64,000 nucleotides of DNA from Kineosporiaceae bacterium (GTDB taxonomy: Bacteria > Actinomycetota > Actinomycetes > Actinomycetales > Kineosporiaceae). A model generated the notes under the pieces. The model saw nothing but the letters and a program-made list of their open reading frames with translations, searched no databases and was not told the origin of the DNA. A program made the translations under genes and the position numbers. The stretch covers positions 120,096-184,095 of the forward strand of contig JAXLRU010000005.1 of the NCBI GenBank assembly GCA_046330935.1, in the 5' to 3' direction. Shown here piece after piece: positions 1-10,520 of the stretch; positions within the stretch are counted from its first letter, which is position 1; each line of letters starts with the position of its first letter.

Positions 1-114
1 ACGTCTCGCGGATCCTCGCGTCGTGACCGCTGCCGCGGCCGGCGCTGCCGGATCCCCGCCCCCGACCGTCCACCCCGCCCGCCGCCGCTGTGGCGGCCGT
101 CCCTACGGAGTCCG

Positions 115-1227
115 GTGAGCGACTACTACGAGGTGCTCGGCGTCTCTCGCGACGCGAGCCCCGAGGAGATCAAGAAGGCCTACCGCAAGCTGGCCCGCAC
201 CTACCACCCCGACGTGAACCCCGGTGCGGACGCCGAGGAGAAGTTCAAGGAGGTCGGGCGCGCCTACGAGGTGCTGTCGGACCCCCAGCGGCGCCAGATG
301 TACGACATGGGCGCCGACCCCTCGGCGTCCGGGGGTGGGTTCGGGCCCGGCTTCGGGTTCACCGACATCTTCGAGACGATCTTCGGCCAGGGGCAGCAGC
401 GAGGGCCCGTCTCCCGAGCCCGTCGGGGCAGCGACGCCCTGGTCCGGATCGAGATCGACCTCGCCGACGCCGCCTTCGGCACGACCCGGGAGATCCAGGT
501 CGACACGGCCGTCGTCTGCCCGGCCTGCGACGGGTCGTGCTGCCGCCCGGGGACGTCGCCGAAGACGTGCGAGCAGTGCCAGGGCCGGGGGCAGGTGCAG
601 CGGGTCGCTCGCTCGTTCCTCGGTCAGGTGATGACCACCCAGGTCTGCCCCGTGTGTTCGGGTGCGGGGTCGATCGTCCCCGACCCGTGCCTGGAGTGCT
701 CCGGTGAAGGGCGCGTGCGCTCGCGCCGCACGCTCACGATCAAGGTGCCGGCAGGCGTCGACACCGGCACCCGCATCCAGCTGACCGGCCAGTCCGAGGT
801 CGGCGTCGCGGGCGGGCCGCCCGGCGACCTCTACGTCGAGATCGTGGAGCGGCCCCACCCCGTCTTCACCCGCCGTGGCGACGACCTGCACTGCACGGTC
901 GAGATCCCGATGACGGCCGCCGCCTTGGGCACCACGCTGGAGATCGAGACGCTCGACGGCACCGAGCAGATCGACGTCAAGCCGGGCACGCAGTCCGGGG
1001 AGACGTTCACCCTGCGCGCACGCGGCATCACGCACCTGCGCGGCATCGGCCGCGGCGACCTCACCGCCCACCTCAGCGTGCTCACCCCGACGCGGCTCGA
1101 CGACGAGCAGGAGGAGCTCCTGCGCAAGCTGGCGGCGCTGCGCGGGGAGGAGCGCCCCTCCGGCCGGATGACCCCGGCGAACCAGGGCGTCTTCTCCAAG
1201 CTGCGCGACAAGTTCGTGGGCCGGTGA
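115..1227 (+). CDS. dnaJ: Molecular chaperone DnaJ (second dnaJ copy; four CxxCxGxG zinc-finger repeats)
   Basis: J-domain [10 protein letters not shown]...HPD at the N-terminus, a Gly/Phe region, four CxxCxGxG repeats and a C-terminal dimerisation region. GTG start at 115. Confidence 0.9.
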   Translation: MSDYYEVLGVSRDASPEEIKKAYRKLARTYHPDVNPGADAEEKFKEVGRAYEVLSDPQRRQMYDMGADPSASGGGFGPGFGFTDIFETIFGQGQQRGPVSRARRGSDALVRIEIDLADAAFGTTREIQVDTAVVCPACDGSCCRPGTSPKTCEQCQGRGQVQRVARSFLGQVMTTQVCPVCSGAGSIVPDPCLECSGEGRVRSRRTLTIKVPAGVDTGTRIQLTGQSEVGVAGGPPGDLYVEIVERPHPVFTRRGDDLHCTVEIPMTAAALGTTLEIETLDGTEQIDVKPGTQSGETFTLRARGITHLRGIGRGDLTAHLSVLTPTRLDDEQEELLRKLAALRGEERPSGRMTPANQGVFSKLRDKFVGR

Positions 1228-1967
1228 CCGCACCCCTGTTCCTCCTCCCGGCCGGGGCGCTGGACGGCGTCCGCCCCGGCGAGGAGGTGCTCGTCGACGG
1301 AGCCGAGGGGCGCCATGCCGTCGCCGTGCGGCGGCTGGTGCCCGGCGAGCCCGCCGACGTGGCCGACGGCGTGGGCCGCCTGGTGCGCGGGGAGGTGACC
1401 CGCGCCGAGCGCGACGCCCTGACGGTGCGCGCGCTGGCCGTGGAGGAGGTGCCCGAGCCCGCTCCCCGGTTCGTCCTCGTCCAGGCCCTGGCCAAGGGCG
1501 GGCGCGACGAGCAGGCGGTCGAGACCTGCACCGAGCTGGGCGTCGACGAGGTGCTGCCGTGGGCGGCCGAGCGCAGCGTCGTGCAGTGGCGCGGCGAGCG
1601 CGGCGAGAAGGCGCGCCGGGGGTGGGCCGAGGTCGCGCGAGCGGCGACGAAGCAGTCGCGCCGGCCCCGCCTGCCCGAGGTGGGCCGGGCGGTGGACCTG
1701 CGCGACCTGCTCCGACGGGTCGAGACGTGCGCGCTCGCGGTCGTCCTGCACGAGCAGGCGGCGGACCCGCTGACCCGGCTCCCGGTGCCCGCCTCGGGTG
1801 ACGTCCTGCTCGTCGTCGGCCCCGAAGGCGGGATCAGCGAGCGCGAGCTCGAGCAGCTCAGGGCGGCGGGCGCCCGCACCGCTCGCCTCGGGGCGCACGT
1901 GCTGCGGTCCTCGACCGCGGGGGCGGCGGCGCTCGCGGTGCTCAGCGCCGCCTGCGGCCGCTGGTGA
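1224..1967 (+). CDS. rsmE: 16S rRNA (uracil1498-N3)-methyltransferase RsmE
   Basis: About 247 aa, overlapping the dnaJ stop (GTGA). The sequence has the RsmE-like PUA plus SPOUT-MTase pattern, and dnaJ-rsmE order is conserved. Confidence 0.75.
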   Translation: MTAPLFLLPAGALDGVRPGEEVLVDGAEGRHAVAVRRLVPGEPADVADGVGRLVRGEVTRAERDALTVRALAVEEVPEPAPRFVLVQALAKGGRDEQAVETCTELGVDEVLPWAAERSVVQWRGERGEKARRGWAEVARAATKQSRRPRLPEVGRAVDLRDLLRRVETCALAVVLHEQAADPLTRLPVPASGDVLLVVGPEGGISERELEQLRAAGARTARLGAHVLRSSTAGAAALAVLSAACGRW

Positions 1968-3125
1968 TCAGCGCACGGTGAAGTCCTTCGAGTCCACGTT
2001 GATCCTGCGCGCCGGTCCCGTGCTCGTGTCCGACATGTCCTCCTCGTAGGCGAGCACGCGGTAGCGCCCGGGGGGAAGGGTGAGCGCGACGGCGAAGTCC
2101 GCGGGCACGCCGTCGCCCCTGGTCGTCACGATCCCTCGGCGAGGGGCGGCGCCGGACCCGTCGAGAGCCGCCACCTCCCAGTGCACCGTGCCCTCGAAGG
2201 CCCAGCCGGAGCCCCGCAGGGTCAGGTCGCGGCCGCTGCGGACGTCGCCCTGCTGCGGATCGATGATCCAGATGGAGGCCCTGGCGGCGGCGTCCCGCCG
2301 GATCAGGTCCGGCAACGGCCCACGGCCCCAGGCGCGGTAGCCGCTGCGGCCGTCCACGCGCAGCCGCACGGTGGTGGAGCCGGGGACCGCCGCCGTCGCG
2401 GTGTAGACGAGCTGCTGCACGGCCAGCCGCGCGGACTCCTCGTCGACGCCGGTGGCGGCGAAGGCGGCGGCGGACACGTCGACGTCGACGACCTGGCGGA
2501 CGCCGGTCCCCGTGACCGAGGCCGACCGGACGCGGGCAGGGCGCCACACCGAGGAGAGGTCCGGGTCGGCGGGGCGTCCCGCCAGCATCGCGGCGACCGC
2601 CGGGCCCGGACCGGGACTGCCCTGGCGGAACTCGCGATACAGGCCGCGCCGGCCGGCGGGCCCGCCCACCCAGTAGGCGGCCACCGCGGCCGTGGCGGCG
2701 ACGGTAGGCTGCGGCGTGGTCGCCTCCTGCGCGGAACGGGTGTCGGCGCTCACGCCGGCCTCGTCCGAGGGTGACGGCGCCACGCTCGCCGCGGGACGCT
2801 TCGCCCTGGGCGCCTCGGTGCCGCCCTCCACCGGCGGCGAAGGGGCCGTCGACGTCGCTTCGGCCGACGGGGACGACGCCTCGGCCATCGGCGCGCGCTC
2901 GGCGGGGCGGGCCCGCAGACCGATCCCCGCGCCCACACCCACCGCGACGACGGCCGCCGCGGCGGCCAGGGGGGCCAGCCGCCGCCACCGCGCCTGGTCC
3001 CGCCGGGGGGCGAGCGGGGTGGGCGCGTGCCACGGCGCCTCGGGGCGCGGGCGTCCTCGCAGCAGGCGCTCGGCCTCGCGGTCGAACACCGCGCGCAGCT
3101 CCCGGGACTCCTGGTCGTCACTCAT
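1968..3125 (-). CDS. Membrane-anchored anti-sigma-like protein with C-terminal GerMN and Gmad2 Ig-like domains
   Basis: Overlaps the ECF sigma gene by 8 nt (ATGAGTGA). It has a short cytoplasmic N-terminus, one TM helix, an Ala/Pro/Ser-rich linker and GerMN-like and Gmad2-like C-terminal regions. Confidence 0.5.
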   Translation of the reverse strand: MSDDQESRELRAVFDREAERLLRGRPRPEAPWHAPTPLAPRRDQARWRRLAPLAAAAAVVAVGVGAGIGLRARPAERAPMAEASSPSAEATSTAPSPPVEGGTEAPRAKRPAASVAPSPSDEAGVSADTRSAQEATTPQPTVAATAAVAAYWVGGPAGRRGLYREFRQGSPGPGPAVAAMLAGRPADPDLSSVWRPARVRSASVTGTGVRQVVDVDVSAAAFAATGVDEESARLAVQQLVYTATAAVPGSTTVRLRVDGRSGYRAWGRGPLPDLIRRDAAARASIWIIDPQQGDVRSGRDLTLRGSGWAFEGTVHWEVAALDGSGAAPRRGIVTTRGDGVPADFAVALTLPPGRYRVLAYEEDMSDTSTGPARRINVDSKDFTVR

Positions 3126-3684
3126 CGCGTGCCTCCCGCCCGTTCGTCAGGTCGCGCCCCGAGGCCGAGCCGTCCCGGCCGTGCGCTGCCGCGAGCACGT
3201 CCCGCAGCGCGGCCATCGCGCGCGCCGAGTGGCTCTTCACCGAGCCGGTGCTGATCCCGAGGGCCGCGGCGATCTCGCGCTCCGACAGGTCGGCCACGAA
3301 GCGCAGGACGACGACCTCCCGCTGACGCCGCGGCAGCGCCCGCACCGCGGCCATCACCTCGGCGTCGCGGGCCGACTGCACGGCGGACTCCTCGGGGCCC
3401 GCGGGCGCCGGGGCGGGCAGCGGCCTGAACCGCTCGACGACGACGCGGTGCCGCAGCGAGGAGCGGGAGGCGTTGACGACGCTCGTGCGCAGGTAGCCGA
3501 CGGCGGCCTCGGGCTCGCGCAGGCGCGACCACGAGGCGTGCAGCCGCACGAAGGACTCCTGGACGATCTCCTCGGCCACGGACGCGTCGCCGGTGAGCAT
3601 CGCCGCAAGACGGACCATCGGCGACCACTGACGCCGGTAGAGGTCCTCGAGGGTGTCCAAGGGCGAGGGGGGTGGCCCGGCCAT
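3118..3684 (-). CDS. ECF-type RNA polymerase sigma-70 family factor
   Basis: Region 2 (LYRRQWSPMVRLAAMLTGD..EEIVQESFVRLH) and region 4 (LPRRQREVVVLRFVADLSEREIAAALGISTGSVKSHSARAM). ATG at 3684; the longer track ORF is an N-terminal frame artefact. Confidence 0.8.
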   Translation of the reverse strand: MAGPPPSPLDTLEDLYRRQWSPMVRLAAMLTGDASVAEEIVQESFVRLHASWSRLREPEAAVGYLRTSVVNASRSSLRHRVVVERFRPLPAPAPAGPEESAVQSARDAEVMAAVRALPRRQREVVVLRFVADLSEREIAAALGISTGSVKSHSARAMAALRDVLAAAHGRDGSASGRDLTNGREARDE

Positions 3685-3903
3685 GAGCTCATCCTCGTGG
3701 GGGAGGAGCGGGCGCGGCCAGGGACACGACGGCACGCGGTCGTGCCGGTGGTCGACGGTCGCCGAGAGGGGCATGACACAGGGACGCCCGGCGCGGGGCC
3801 GAGGTTGTCCTCACGGCGATCGGTAAGGTTTCGCCACGTCGTCGCGCCCGTGGGCGCGCGTGCGGGCCGAGGGTGCGCCCGCCCCGTCCACCCGGAGGTG
3901 TGC

Positions 3904-4245
3904 ATGAGCGAGGAGTGCGTCTTCTGCCGGATCGCGGCGGGCGGGATCCCGGCCGAGGTCGTGCGTGAGGGACAGCGGGTGACCGCGTTCCGCGACCTCA
4001 ACCCGCAGGCCCCGGTGCACGTGCTCGTCATCCCCAAGGACCACCACGCGACCGTCGCCGACCTCGCGGAGGCCGACCCCGAGGCCCTCGCCGAGCTGGT
4101 CGCCGTGGGCGCCGAGGTGGCCGGGGCCGAGGCCGACGGATCGTTCCGCCTCGTCTTCAACACCGGCGAGGCGGCCGGACAGACCGTCCACCACGTGCAC
4201 GGGCACGTCCTGGCCGGGCGCTCCCTGACCTGGCCTCCCGGCTGA
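3904..4245 (+). CDS. HIT family (histidine triad) hydrolase
   Basis: 113 aa with MSEECVFCRI...HVHGHVLAG and a His-x-His-x-His triad. The track ORF 2692..4245 is a long spurious extension. Confidence 0.85.
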   Translation: MSEECVFCRIAAGGIPAEVVREGQRVTAFRDLNPQAPVHVLVIPKDHHATVADLAEADPEALAELVAVGAEVAGAEADGSFRLVFNTGEAAGQTVHHVHGHVLAGRSLTWPPG

Positions 4246-4316
4246 GCCGCCACCGCCGCGAGGCGGTGCACAACCCGGGAGCGTCGCCGGGGCCCTGAGG
4301 TTACGATGACGCCACG

Positions 4317-5429
4317 ATGACCGATCAGATCCCGGGTGGGCCCGATCCCGCCGACGTCGCCGCTGCCGGCGAGGGCGCGCACGTCCCCGCCGGTTCCGCC
4401 GGGGCCCGTCAGGCGACGCACCGCATCGTCGTCCCCGCCGAGGTGGCGATGGTGGCGCTGCTCGGCGCGCGCGACGAGGTGCTGCGCGCGGTGGAGCGCG
4501 CCTTCCCCCGCGCCGACATCCTGGTCCGGGGCAACGAGATCACGGTGACGGGCCCGCACGGGGAGGTCGCCCTGGTCGAGCGCCTCGTCGACGAGCTGCT
4601 CGAGGTGGTCGGGGCCGGGCAGCCGCTGACGCCCGACGCGGTGGAGCGCGCGGTGGGCATGCTGCGCCAGCAGACGCTGGAGCGCCCCGCCGACGTCCTG
4701 ACGCTCAACATCCTGTCCACGCGCGGACGCACCATCCGCCCGAAGACGCTCAACCAGAAGCACTACGTCGACGCGATCGACCAGCACACCGTCGTGTTCG
4801 GAATCGGCCCCGCCGGTACCGGCAAGACGTACCTGGCGATGGCGAAGGCCGTGCAGGCGCTGCAGGCCAAGCGGGTCAACCGGATCATCCTCACCCGTCC
4901 CGCCGTCGAGGCGGGGGAGCGGCTGGGCTTCCTCCCGGGCAGCCTCACCGACAAGATCGACCCGTACCTGCGGCCCCTCTACGACGCGCTGCACGACATG
5001 GTCGACCCCGAGTCGATCCCCCGGCTGATGGCCGCCGGCACGATCGAGGTGGCGCCTCTGGCATACATGCGCGGGCGCACGCTCAACGACGCGTTCATCA
5101 TCCTCGACGAGGCCCAGAACACCTCCCCCGAGCAGATGAAGATGTTCCTCACGCGGCTCGGGTTCGGCGCCAAGATGGTGGTCACCGGCGACGTCACGCA
5201 GGTCGACCTGCCCTCGGGCACGCAGTCGGGCCTGCGGATCGTCCAGGACATCCTCCACGGCATCGAGGACGTCCACTTCGCGCAGCTGACGAGCACCGAC
5301 GTCGTCCGGCACCGCCTGGTCGCCGAGATCGTCGACGCCTACGGCCGGTGGGACGCCTCCCAGGCGCCGCTGCACGAGCGCGGGCGGGCGGCCGACGCCG
5401 ACCAGCGCGCGCGCCGCCGCACCCGGTGA
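4317..5429 (+). CDS. phoH: PhoH-like ATPase (YbeZ)
   Basis: KH-like N-terminus plus P-loop [15 protein letters not shown]. phoH-ybeY-corC-era order is conserved. Confidence 0.9.
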   Translation: MTDQIPGGPDPADVAAAGEGAHVPAGSAGARQATHRIVVPAEVAMVALLGARDEVLRAVERAFPRADILVRGNEITVTGPHGEVALVERLVDELLEVVGAGQPLTPDAVERAVGMLRQQTLERPADVLTLNILSTRGRTIRPKTLNQKHYVDAIDQHTVVFGIGPAGTGKTYLAMAKAVQALQAKRVNRIILTRPAVEAGERLGFLPGSLTDKIDPYLRPLYDALHDMVDPESIPRLMAAGTIEVAPLAYMRGRTLNDAFIILDEAQNTSPEQMKMFLTRLGFGAKMVVTGDVTQVDLPSGTQSGLRIVQDILHGIEDVHFAQLTSTDVVRHRLVAEIVDAYGRWDASQAPLHERGRAADADQRARRRTR

Positions 5430-5517
5430 ACCCACCACGCCGCTCGGCTCGGGATACTGGTCACGATCGACGTGGCACGCGTGCGTGCCGCCCCCTCCTG
5501 AGCTGGAGCTGCCGCGC

Positions 5518-5979
5518 GTGTCCATCGAGGTGAACAACGAGAGCGGTGTCGAGGTCGACGAGCGCGAGATCGTCGCCCTTGCCCGTCACGTGCTCGACGC
5601 GATGCGGGTGCACCCCCAGGCCGAACTGAGCGTCATGCTCGTCGACGAGGCCGCCATGGAGGTCCTCCACGTGCAGTGGATGGACGAGCCCGGGCCCACC
5701 GACGTGCTGTCCTTCCCCATGGACGAGCTGCGCCCCGGCCGTGACGGCGAGGAGCCCGCCCAGGGCCTCCTGGGCGACCTCGTGGTCTGCCCCCAGGTCG
5801 CCGCGCGGCAGGCGAAGGCGGCCGGGCACAGCCGGGCCGAGGAGATCCTGCTGCTCACCACCCACGGGATCCTGCACCTGCTCGGGTACGACCACGCCGA
5901 ACCCGACGAGGAGAAGGAGATGTTCGAGCTGCAGCGGCGCCTCCTGCTCACCTTCCTCGCGGCGAAGGGCCGCTCGTGA
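5518..5979 (+). CDS. ybeY: rRNA maturation endoribonuclease YbeY
   Basis: HGxLHLxGYDH zinc motif. The likely GTG start at 5518 ([10 protein letters not shown]) matches mycobacterial YbeY N-termini; the track ORF starts at 5485. Confidence 0.85.
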   Translation: MSIEVNNESGVEVDEREIVALARHVLDAMRVHPQAELSVMLVDEAAMEVLHVQWMDEPGPTDVLSFPMDELRPGRDGEEPAQGLLGDLVVCPQVAARQAKAAGHSRAEEILLLTTHGILHLLGYDHAEPDEEKEMFELQRRLLLTFLAAKGRS

Positions 5980-7277
5980 CCCTGCCCCTGGTGGAGCTCG
6001 TCGCCACGGCGACCCTGGCGACGGTCGCGGCCAGCGCCCTGGCCGCCGCCGAGGCGTCGCTGAGCCGGATCTCGCGCTCCCGTGCCGCCGAGCTGGCCGC
6101 CGAGGGGCGCCGCGGGGCGAGCGCCGCGCAACGGGTCGCGGAGGACCCCGCGCCCACGCTGAGCGTCACCACCTTCCTCCGGGTGCTCGCCGAGACCGGC
6201 GCGGCGGTCGTCGTCACCACGATCTGGGTCGACCGCGTCGCGCCCTGGTGGCGCGGGGCGGGCATCGCCCTCGCGATCATGACCGCGGTGTCCTTCGTCG
6301 TCGTCCGCGTCGGCCCCCGCACGGTCGGCAGGCAGCAGGCCGACCGGGTCGGGCTCGTCGCCGCCCCCGTCATGCTCGCCGTGGGGCGCCTGTTCGGGCC
6401 CCTGACCCGCCTGCTGGTGCTCCTCGGCAACGCGCTCACCCCCGGCCCCGGCTTCCGCGACGGCCCGTTCGCCTCCGAGGCCGAGCTGCGCGAGCTCGTC
6501 GACATCGCGGGGGAGTCGCAGGTCATCGAGGCCGACGAGCGCGAGATGATCCACTCGGTCTTCGAGCTGGGCGACACGCTGGTCCGCGAGGTGATGGTGC
6601 CGCGGACCGAGATCGTCTCGGTGGAGCGCGACACCCGGCTGCACGCCGCGATGTCACTGTTCCTGAGGTCGGGCTTCTCCCGAGTGCCCGTGGTGGGCGA
6701 CGGGGTGGACGACGTCCTCGGCATGCTCTACCTCAAGGACGTCGCCCGCCGCGTGCACGAGCGCCCCGACGACGCGTGGGCGGTCGAGGTCGACGGCGTC
6801 ATGCGCGAGGCCCGCTTCGTGCCCGACAGCAAGCCGGTGGACTCCCTGCTCCGGCAGATGCAGAAGCAGGCCGGGCACATCGCCGTCGTCGTCGACGAGT
6901 ACGGCGGCACCGCCGGCCTGGTGACGCTGGAGGACCTCGTCGAGGAGGTCATCGGCGACATCTCCGACGAGTACGACCCCGTCACCGACGAGCCGGTCGT
7001 GCCCCTCGGCGAGGAGGAGTTCCGCGTCCGCTCGCGCCTGCACGTCGAGGAGCTGGGCGACCTCTACGGCATCGACCTGCGCGACGAGGAGGTCGACACC
7101 GTCGGAGGCCTCATGGCCAAGCTGCTCGGCCGCGTCCCGATCGCCGGGGCCGAGGTGCGCGTGGGTGATCTGGTGCTGACCGCCGAGCGGTTCGAGGGCC
7201 GCCGCAACCAGCTGGCGACGGTGCTGGTGCGCCGCGAAGCCGCCGGCGACGACGAGGCCGAGGAGGCCGACGACTGA
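5976..7277 (+). CDS. Hemolysin-family/CNNM transporter-associated protein (DUF21 + CBS pair + CorC_HlyC)
   Basis: N-terminal four-TM DUF21 region, a CBS pair and a CorC/HlyC C-terminal domain. Overlaps the ybeY stop (GTGA). Confidence 0.85.
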   Translation: MTLPLVELVATATLATVAASALAAAEASLSRISRSRAAELAAEGRRGASAAQRVAEDPAPTLSVTTFLRVLAETGAAVVVTTIWVDRVAPWWRGAGIALAIMTAVSFVVVRVGPRTVGRQQADRVGLVAAPVMLAVGRLFGPLTRLLVLLGNALTPGPGFRDGPFASEAELRELVDIAGESQVIEADEREMIHSVFELGDTLVREVMVPRTEIVSVERDTRLHAAMSLFLRSGFSRVPVVGDGVDDVLGMLYLKDVARRVHERPDDAWAVEVDGVMREARFVPDSKPVDSLLRQMQKQAGHIAVVVDEYGGTAGLVTLEDLVEEVIGDISDEYDPVTDEPVVPLGEEEFRVRSRLHVEELGDLYGIDLRDEEVDTVGGLMAKLLGRVPIAGAEVRVGDLVLTAERFEGRRNQLATVLVRREAAGDDEAEEADD

Positions 7278-8671
7278 TGGCGCGACGACTCAAGGGTTCC
7301 GCGGGCAAGGGCCGCAAGCCGTCCTCCTCGGCCGGTTCGCCGCGCCAGGACTGGTCCCCCCGCGAGGCGGGCGCCGGCAAGGGCCGCGACGGGCGGCGGG
7401 AGGCCGACCGGGGGCGCACCCAGGACGGCACCGCTGCGCGTCCGGCCGAGGGCTCACCGGCCCTGCCCTCGCGCGTGACCGCCAGCGGCGAGGCCGCCCG
7501 CAGCGGCGGCGCGCGCCGCCAGGGTGGTCCCGCGCGAGCAGGGTCGGGGAAGAAGCCCGCCGGGCCCGCGAAGGAGCAGGCGCAGCGCGGGTCCTACGGC
7601 CGCAAGACCACGGGCTCGGGCGGCGGGTCGGCGACCGGCGGCTCGAAGTCGCGGGTCAGCTCGACGACCCAGCGTCCCGAGCCCGGCAGCGCACCGGGTT
7701 CCGTTCCGGTCGCGCGGGCCGCGGTATCGGCGGTGGGCCTCGTCAGGGCGGGATCGGGGGAGTACCGCTCCGGCTTCGCCTGCTTCGTCGGGCGGCCGAA
7801 CGCCGGCAAGTCGACGCTGACGAACGCGCTGGTCGGGGAGAAGGTGGCGATCACCTCCAACCGGCCGCAGACGACCCGCCGCGCGATCCGCGGCATCGTG
7901 CACCGCCCCGACGCGCAGATCGTCCTCGTGGACACCCCCGGTCTGCACCGCCCCCGGACCCTGCTCGGTCAGCGGCTGAACGACCTGGTGCGCGAGACGC
8001 TGACCGAGGTCGACGTCATCGGGTTCTGTCTGCCCGCCGACCAGAAGATCGGCCCCGGGGACACGTTCATCGCCGCCGAACTCCAAGCGCTCGCCGCCTC
8101 CCGTCGCAAGAAGGTGCCGGTCATCGCCCTGGCCACGAAGGCCGACGCCGTGGACAGGGCACGCCTCGCCGAGCACCTGCTCGCGATCGAGGAGCTCCTG
8201 CCCGACGCCGAGATCGTCCCCGTCTCGGCGGTGGACGGGTTCCAGGTGGACGTCGTCGCCGACCTGATCGTGGCGAACCTCCCCGAGGGGCCGCCCCTGT
8301 ACCCCGACGGTGAGCTGACCGACGAGCCCGAGCAGGTGATGATCGCCGAGCTCGTCCGCGAGGCGGCGCTCGAGGGCGTGCACGACGAGCTGCCCCACAG
8401 CCTCGCCGTCGTCGTCGAGGAGATCACGGCCCGGCCCGAGCGTGAGGGCCTCGACCCCCTGCTCGACGTCCACGTGTGGCTGTACGTGGAGCGGGAGAGC
8501 CAGAAGGGCATCGTGATCGGGCGCGGCGGGGCGCGGCTGCGCGACGTCGGCATCGCCGCACGGCGGCAGATCGAGGCGCTGCTCGGGCAGCGCGTGCACC
8601 TCGACCTGCGGGTGAAGGTGGCCAAGGACTGGCAGCGCGACCCCAAGCAGCTGCAGCGGCTGGGCTTCTGA
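7277..8671 (+). CDS. era: GTPase Era with a roughly 150-aa basic Gly/Ser/Arg-rich N-terminal extension
   Basis: G1 GRPNAGKST, G2 TTR, G3 DTPG, a KH domain at the C-terminus. ATG at 7277 overlaps the upstream stop (TGATGG). Confidence 0.85.
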   Translation: MARRLKGSAGKGRKPSSSAGSPRQDWSPREAGAGKGRDGRREADRGRTQDGTAARPAEGSPALPSRVTASGEAARSGGARRQGGPARAGSGKKPAGPAKEQAQRGSYGRKTTGSGGGSATGGSKSRVSSTTQRPEPGSAPGSVPVARAAVSAVGLVRAGSGEYRSGFACFVGRPNAGKSTLTNALVGEKVAITSNRPQTTRRAIRGIVHRPDAQIVLVDTPGLHRPRTLLGQRLNDLVRETLTEVDVIGFCLPADQKIGPGDTFIAAELQALAASRRKKVPVIALATKADAVDRARLAEHLLAIEELLPDAEIVPVSAVDGFQVDVVADLIVANLPEGPPLYPDGELTDEPEQVMIAELVREAALEGVHDELPHSLAVVVEEITARPEREGLDPLLDVHVWLYVERESQKGIVIGRGGARLRDVGIAARRQIEALLGQRVHLDLRVKVAKDWQRDPKQLQRLGF

Positions 8672-8673
8672 CC

Positions 8674-9159
8674 TCAGGCGCGTCGCGACTCGCGCACGCC
8701 GCCGCCGGGCGTCCAGGATCGGATGACCAGAGTGGAGCGGGCCTCGTCGAGCCCGACGTGCACGGCCTCGCAGATGTCGAGGGCGAAGAGCTCGAAGCCT
8801 CCCTCCGGGATCGGCCCCGCCACCGAGCGGAACCAGGCCATGTCGGCCTCCGTGCTCAACTCCGTGACCGTGCCCGACACCCGCGCGTCCCCCGACCACT
8901 CGTCGGCGTCGTCGGAGGAGGTGTGCAGGGCGTAGCGCGGGTCGCGGCGCAGGTCGGCGAACCGGCGCGCCCCGGGCATGCCGGCCACCAGGAGACGGCC
9001 CCCCAGCAGGCGGATCTCCGTGCCGCACAATCGCGGCGAGCCGTCCGCCCGCAGCGTGGCCATCACGTGGTGGGTGTGGGCACGCAACCGTTCCTCGACC
9101 GCGCCGGCGAGCTCGGGCGCGGCGTCATCGAACTCCTGCCAGGTCGTCACGGCTCGCAT
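8674..9159 (-). CDS. Pyridoxamine 5'-phosphate oxidase family (split-barrel, possibly F420/FMN-binding) protein
   Basis: 161 aa starting MRAVTTWQEFDD with a PNPOx-like split-barrel pattern. The track ORF's N-terminal 48 aa are a probable artefact. Confidence 0.55.
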   Translation of the reverse strand: MRAVTTWQEFDDAAPELAGAVEERLRAHTHHVMATLRADGSPRLCGTEIRLLGGRLLVAGMPGARRFADLRRDPRYALHTSSDDADEWSGDARVSGTVTELSTEADMAWFRSVAGPIPEGGFELFALDICEAVHVGLDEARSTLVIRSWTPGGGVRESRRA

Positions 9160-9260
9160 CCTGCCGCAGCCCGCCGACAGGTCGGACGTCTTCGGCGACC
9201 CCCGCCCCACGGTCGTGCGGGCGCGGCTAGCCTGGACCCGAATACTTACCACCCGGTCGG

Positions 9261-10505
9261 TTGATCCCGGAGGTCCGCGTGCTCCACGCCATCCGCTCGC
9301 CACGCCTGCTCGTGTCGGCGGCCTACCTGGCCTTCGTCCTGATCGGCATCGGTGCAGGCGCCGGGGGCGTGCTCATCGCCTCCCAGGTGAGCGACTACGG
9401 GGTGGGCAAGACGCTGTTCGGCATCACCTTCTTCGGGGGCTCCGCGGGCTTCGCGCTCGCCGGGGTCAGCGCCGGCTGGCTGGACCACCGGGTGGGCCGA
9501 CGGGCGTGCCTCGTGGGTGGCGGCAGTCTCGTGCTGCTGGCCGGCCTCGCCACCGCCTCGCGCCCGCCGTTCTGGGCGTTCGCCGCGCTGACGCTCGTCT
9601 CCGGGTACGGCACCGGCGTGCTCGAGTCGGTGCTCAACACCTGCCTGGCCGAGATGCCCACCTCGGGCACCCTGCTCAACCGGCTGCACGCCTTCTTCGG
9701 CGTGGGGGCGCTGGTCGGGCCCGTGTTCGCCGAGCGGATGCTGCGCGTCACGAGCTGGCAGGTCGTCGTCCTGACCGTCGCCCTGATGCAGATCCCCGTC
9801 AAGGCCGCGCTCGCCGCGGTCCACCCCGACGAGACGCACGCCCGCGCCCAGCGGCACCAGGCCCACGCCGACGCCGGCACCGGCGGGCGGCCGGCGGCCT
9901 CGGCGTGGGCGAGCCCGGCCGTCCGCTGGGCCTGCCTGCTGCTGTCGCTGTACGTCGGTGTCGAGTTGACCACCGGCAACTGGGGCTTCACCCTGCTGCG
10001 CGATGCCCGCGGCCTCCTCGACGCCCCCGCCAGCCTCACGATGAGCGGCTTCTGGCTCGGCCTGACCCTCGGGCGGTTCGTGCTCGCCTCGGCGCTCGCC
10101 CGCGTCGGGATCGGCGTCCCCGGCCTGATGACCGTCTCGATCGTCGGGACGGTGCTGTTCACCGCCGCGCTCGCCGTGCCCGTGACCGCGGTGTCCGTCC
10201 CCGCAGTCGTCCTGCTCGGGTTCTTGCTCGGCCCCGTGTTCCCGACCGCGATGGCGGCGGTGCCCCTGATGGTGCGTCCCTCGCTGGTGCCGGCCGCGAT
10301 CGGCCTGGTCAACGCCGGCTCGACCGTGGGCGCGGCGTTCGTGCCCTGGTTCGGCGGGGTCATCGGGCAGCATGCGGGCATGACCTGGCTGCCGCCGTTC
10401 CTGCTCCTGCTCGCCGCCTGTCAGCTGCTGGCGTGGTGGCGGATGGCGCCGCACCTGCGGCACGGCGAGCCTGCGGTCACGACCGTCGGATCGCCCGCCG
10501 CCTGA
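9261..10505 (+). CDS. MFS transporter
   Basis: Twelve predicted hydrophobic helices. MFS signature G-x-L-x-D-R-x-G-R-R between TM2 and TM3 (LDHRVGRR). Confidence 0.75.
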   Translation: MIPEVRVLHAIRSPRLLVSAAYLAFVLIGIGAGAGGVLIASQVSDYGVGKTLFGITFFGGSAGFALAGVSAGWLDHRVGRRACLVGGGSLVLLAGLATASRPPFWAFAALTLVSGYGTGVLESVLNTCLAEMPTSGTLLNRLHAFFGVGALVGPVFAERMLRVTSWQVVVLTVALMQIPVKAALAAVHPDETHARAQRHQAHADAGTGGRPAASAWASPAVRWACLLLSLYVGVELTTGNWGFTLLRDARGLLDAPASLTMSGFWLGLTLGRFVLASALARVGIGVPGLMTVSIVGTVLFTAALAVPVTAVSVPAVVLLGFLLGPVFPTAMAAVPLMVRPSLVPAAIGLVNAGSTVGAAFVPWFGGVIGQHAGMTWLPPFLLLLAACQLLAWWRMAPHLRHGEPAVTTVGSPAA

Positions 10506-10520
10506 GACGCGGCCGGAGTC

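Noticed and set aside
1-114. Possible 3' end of hrcA upstream of dnaJ.
   Set aside because: Only 114 nt are available and there is no recognisable motif, so it cannot be supported.
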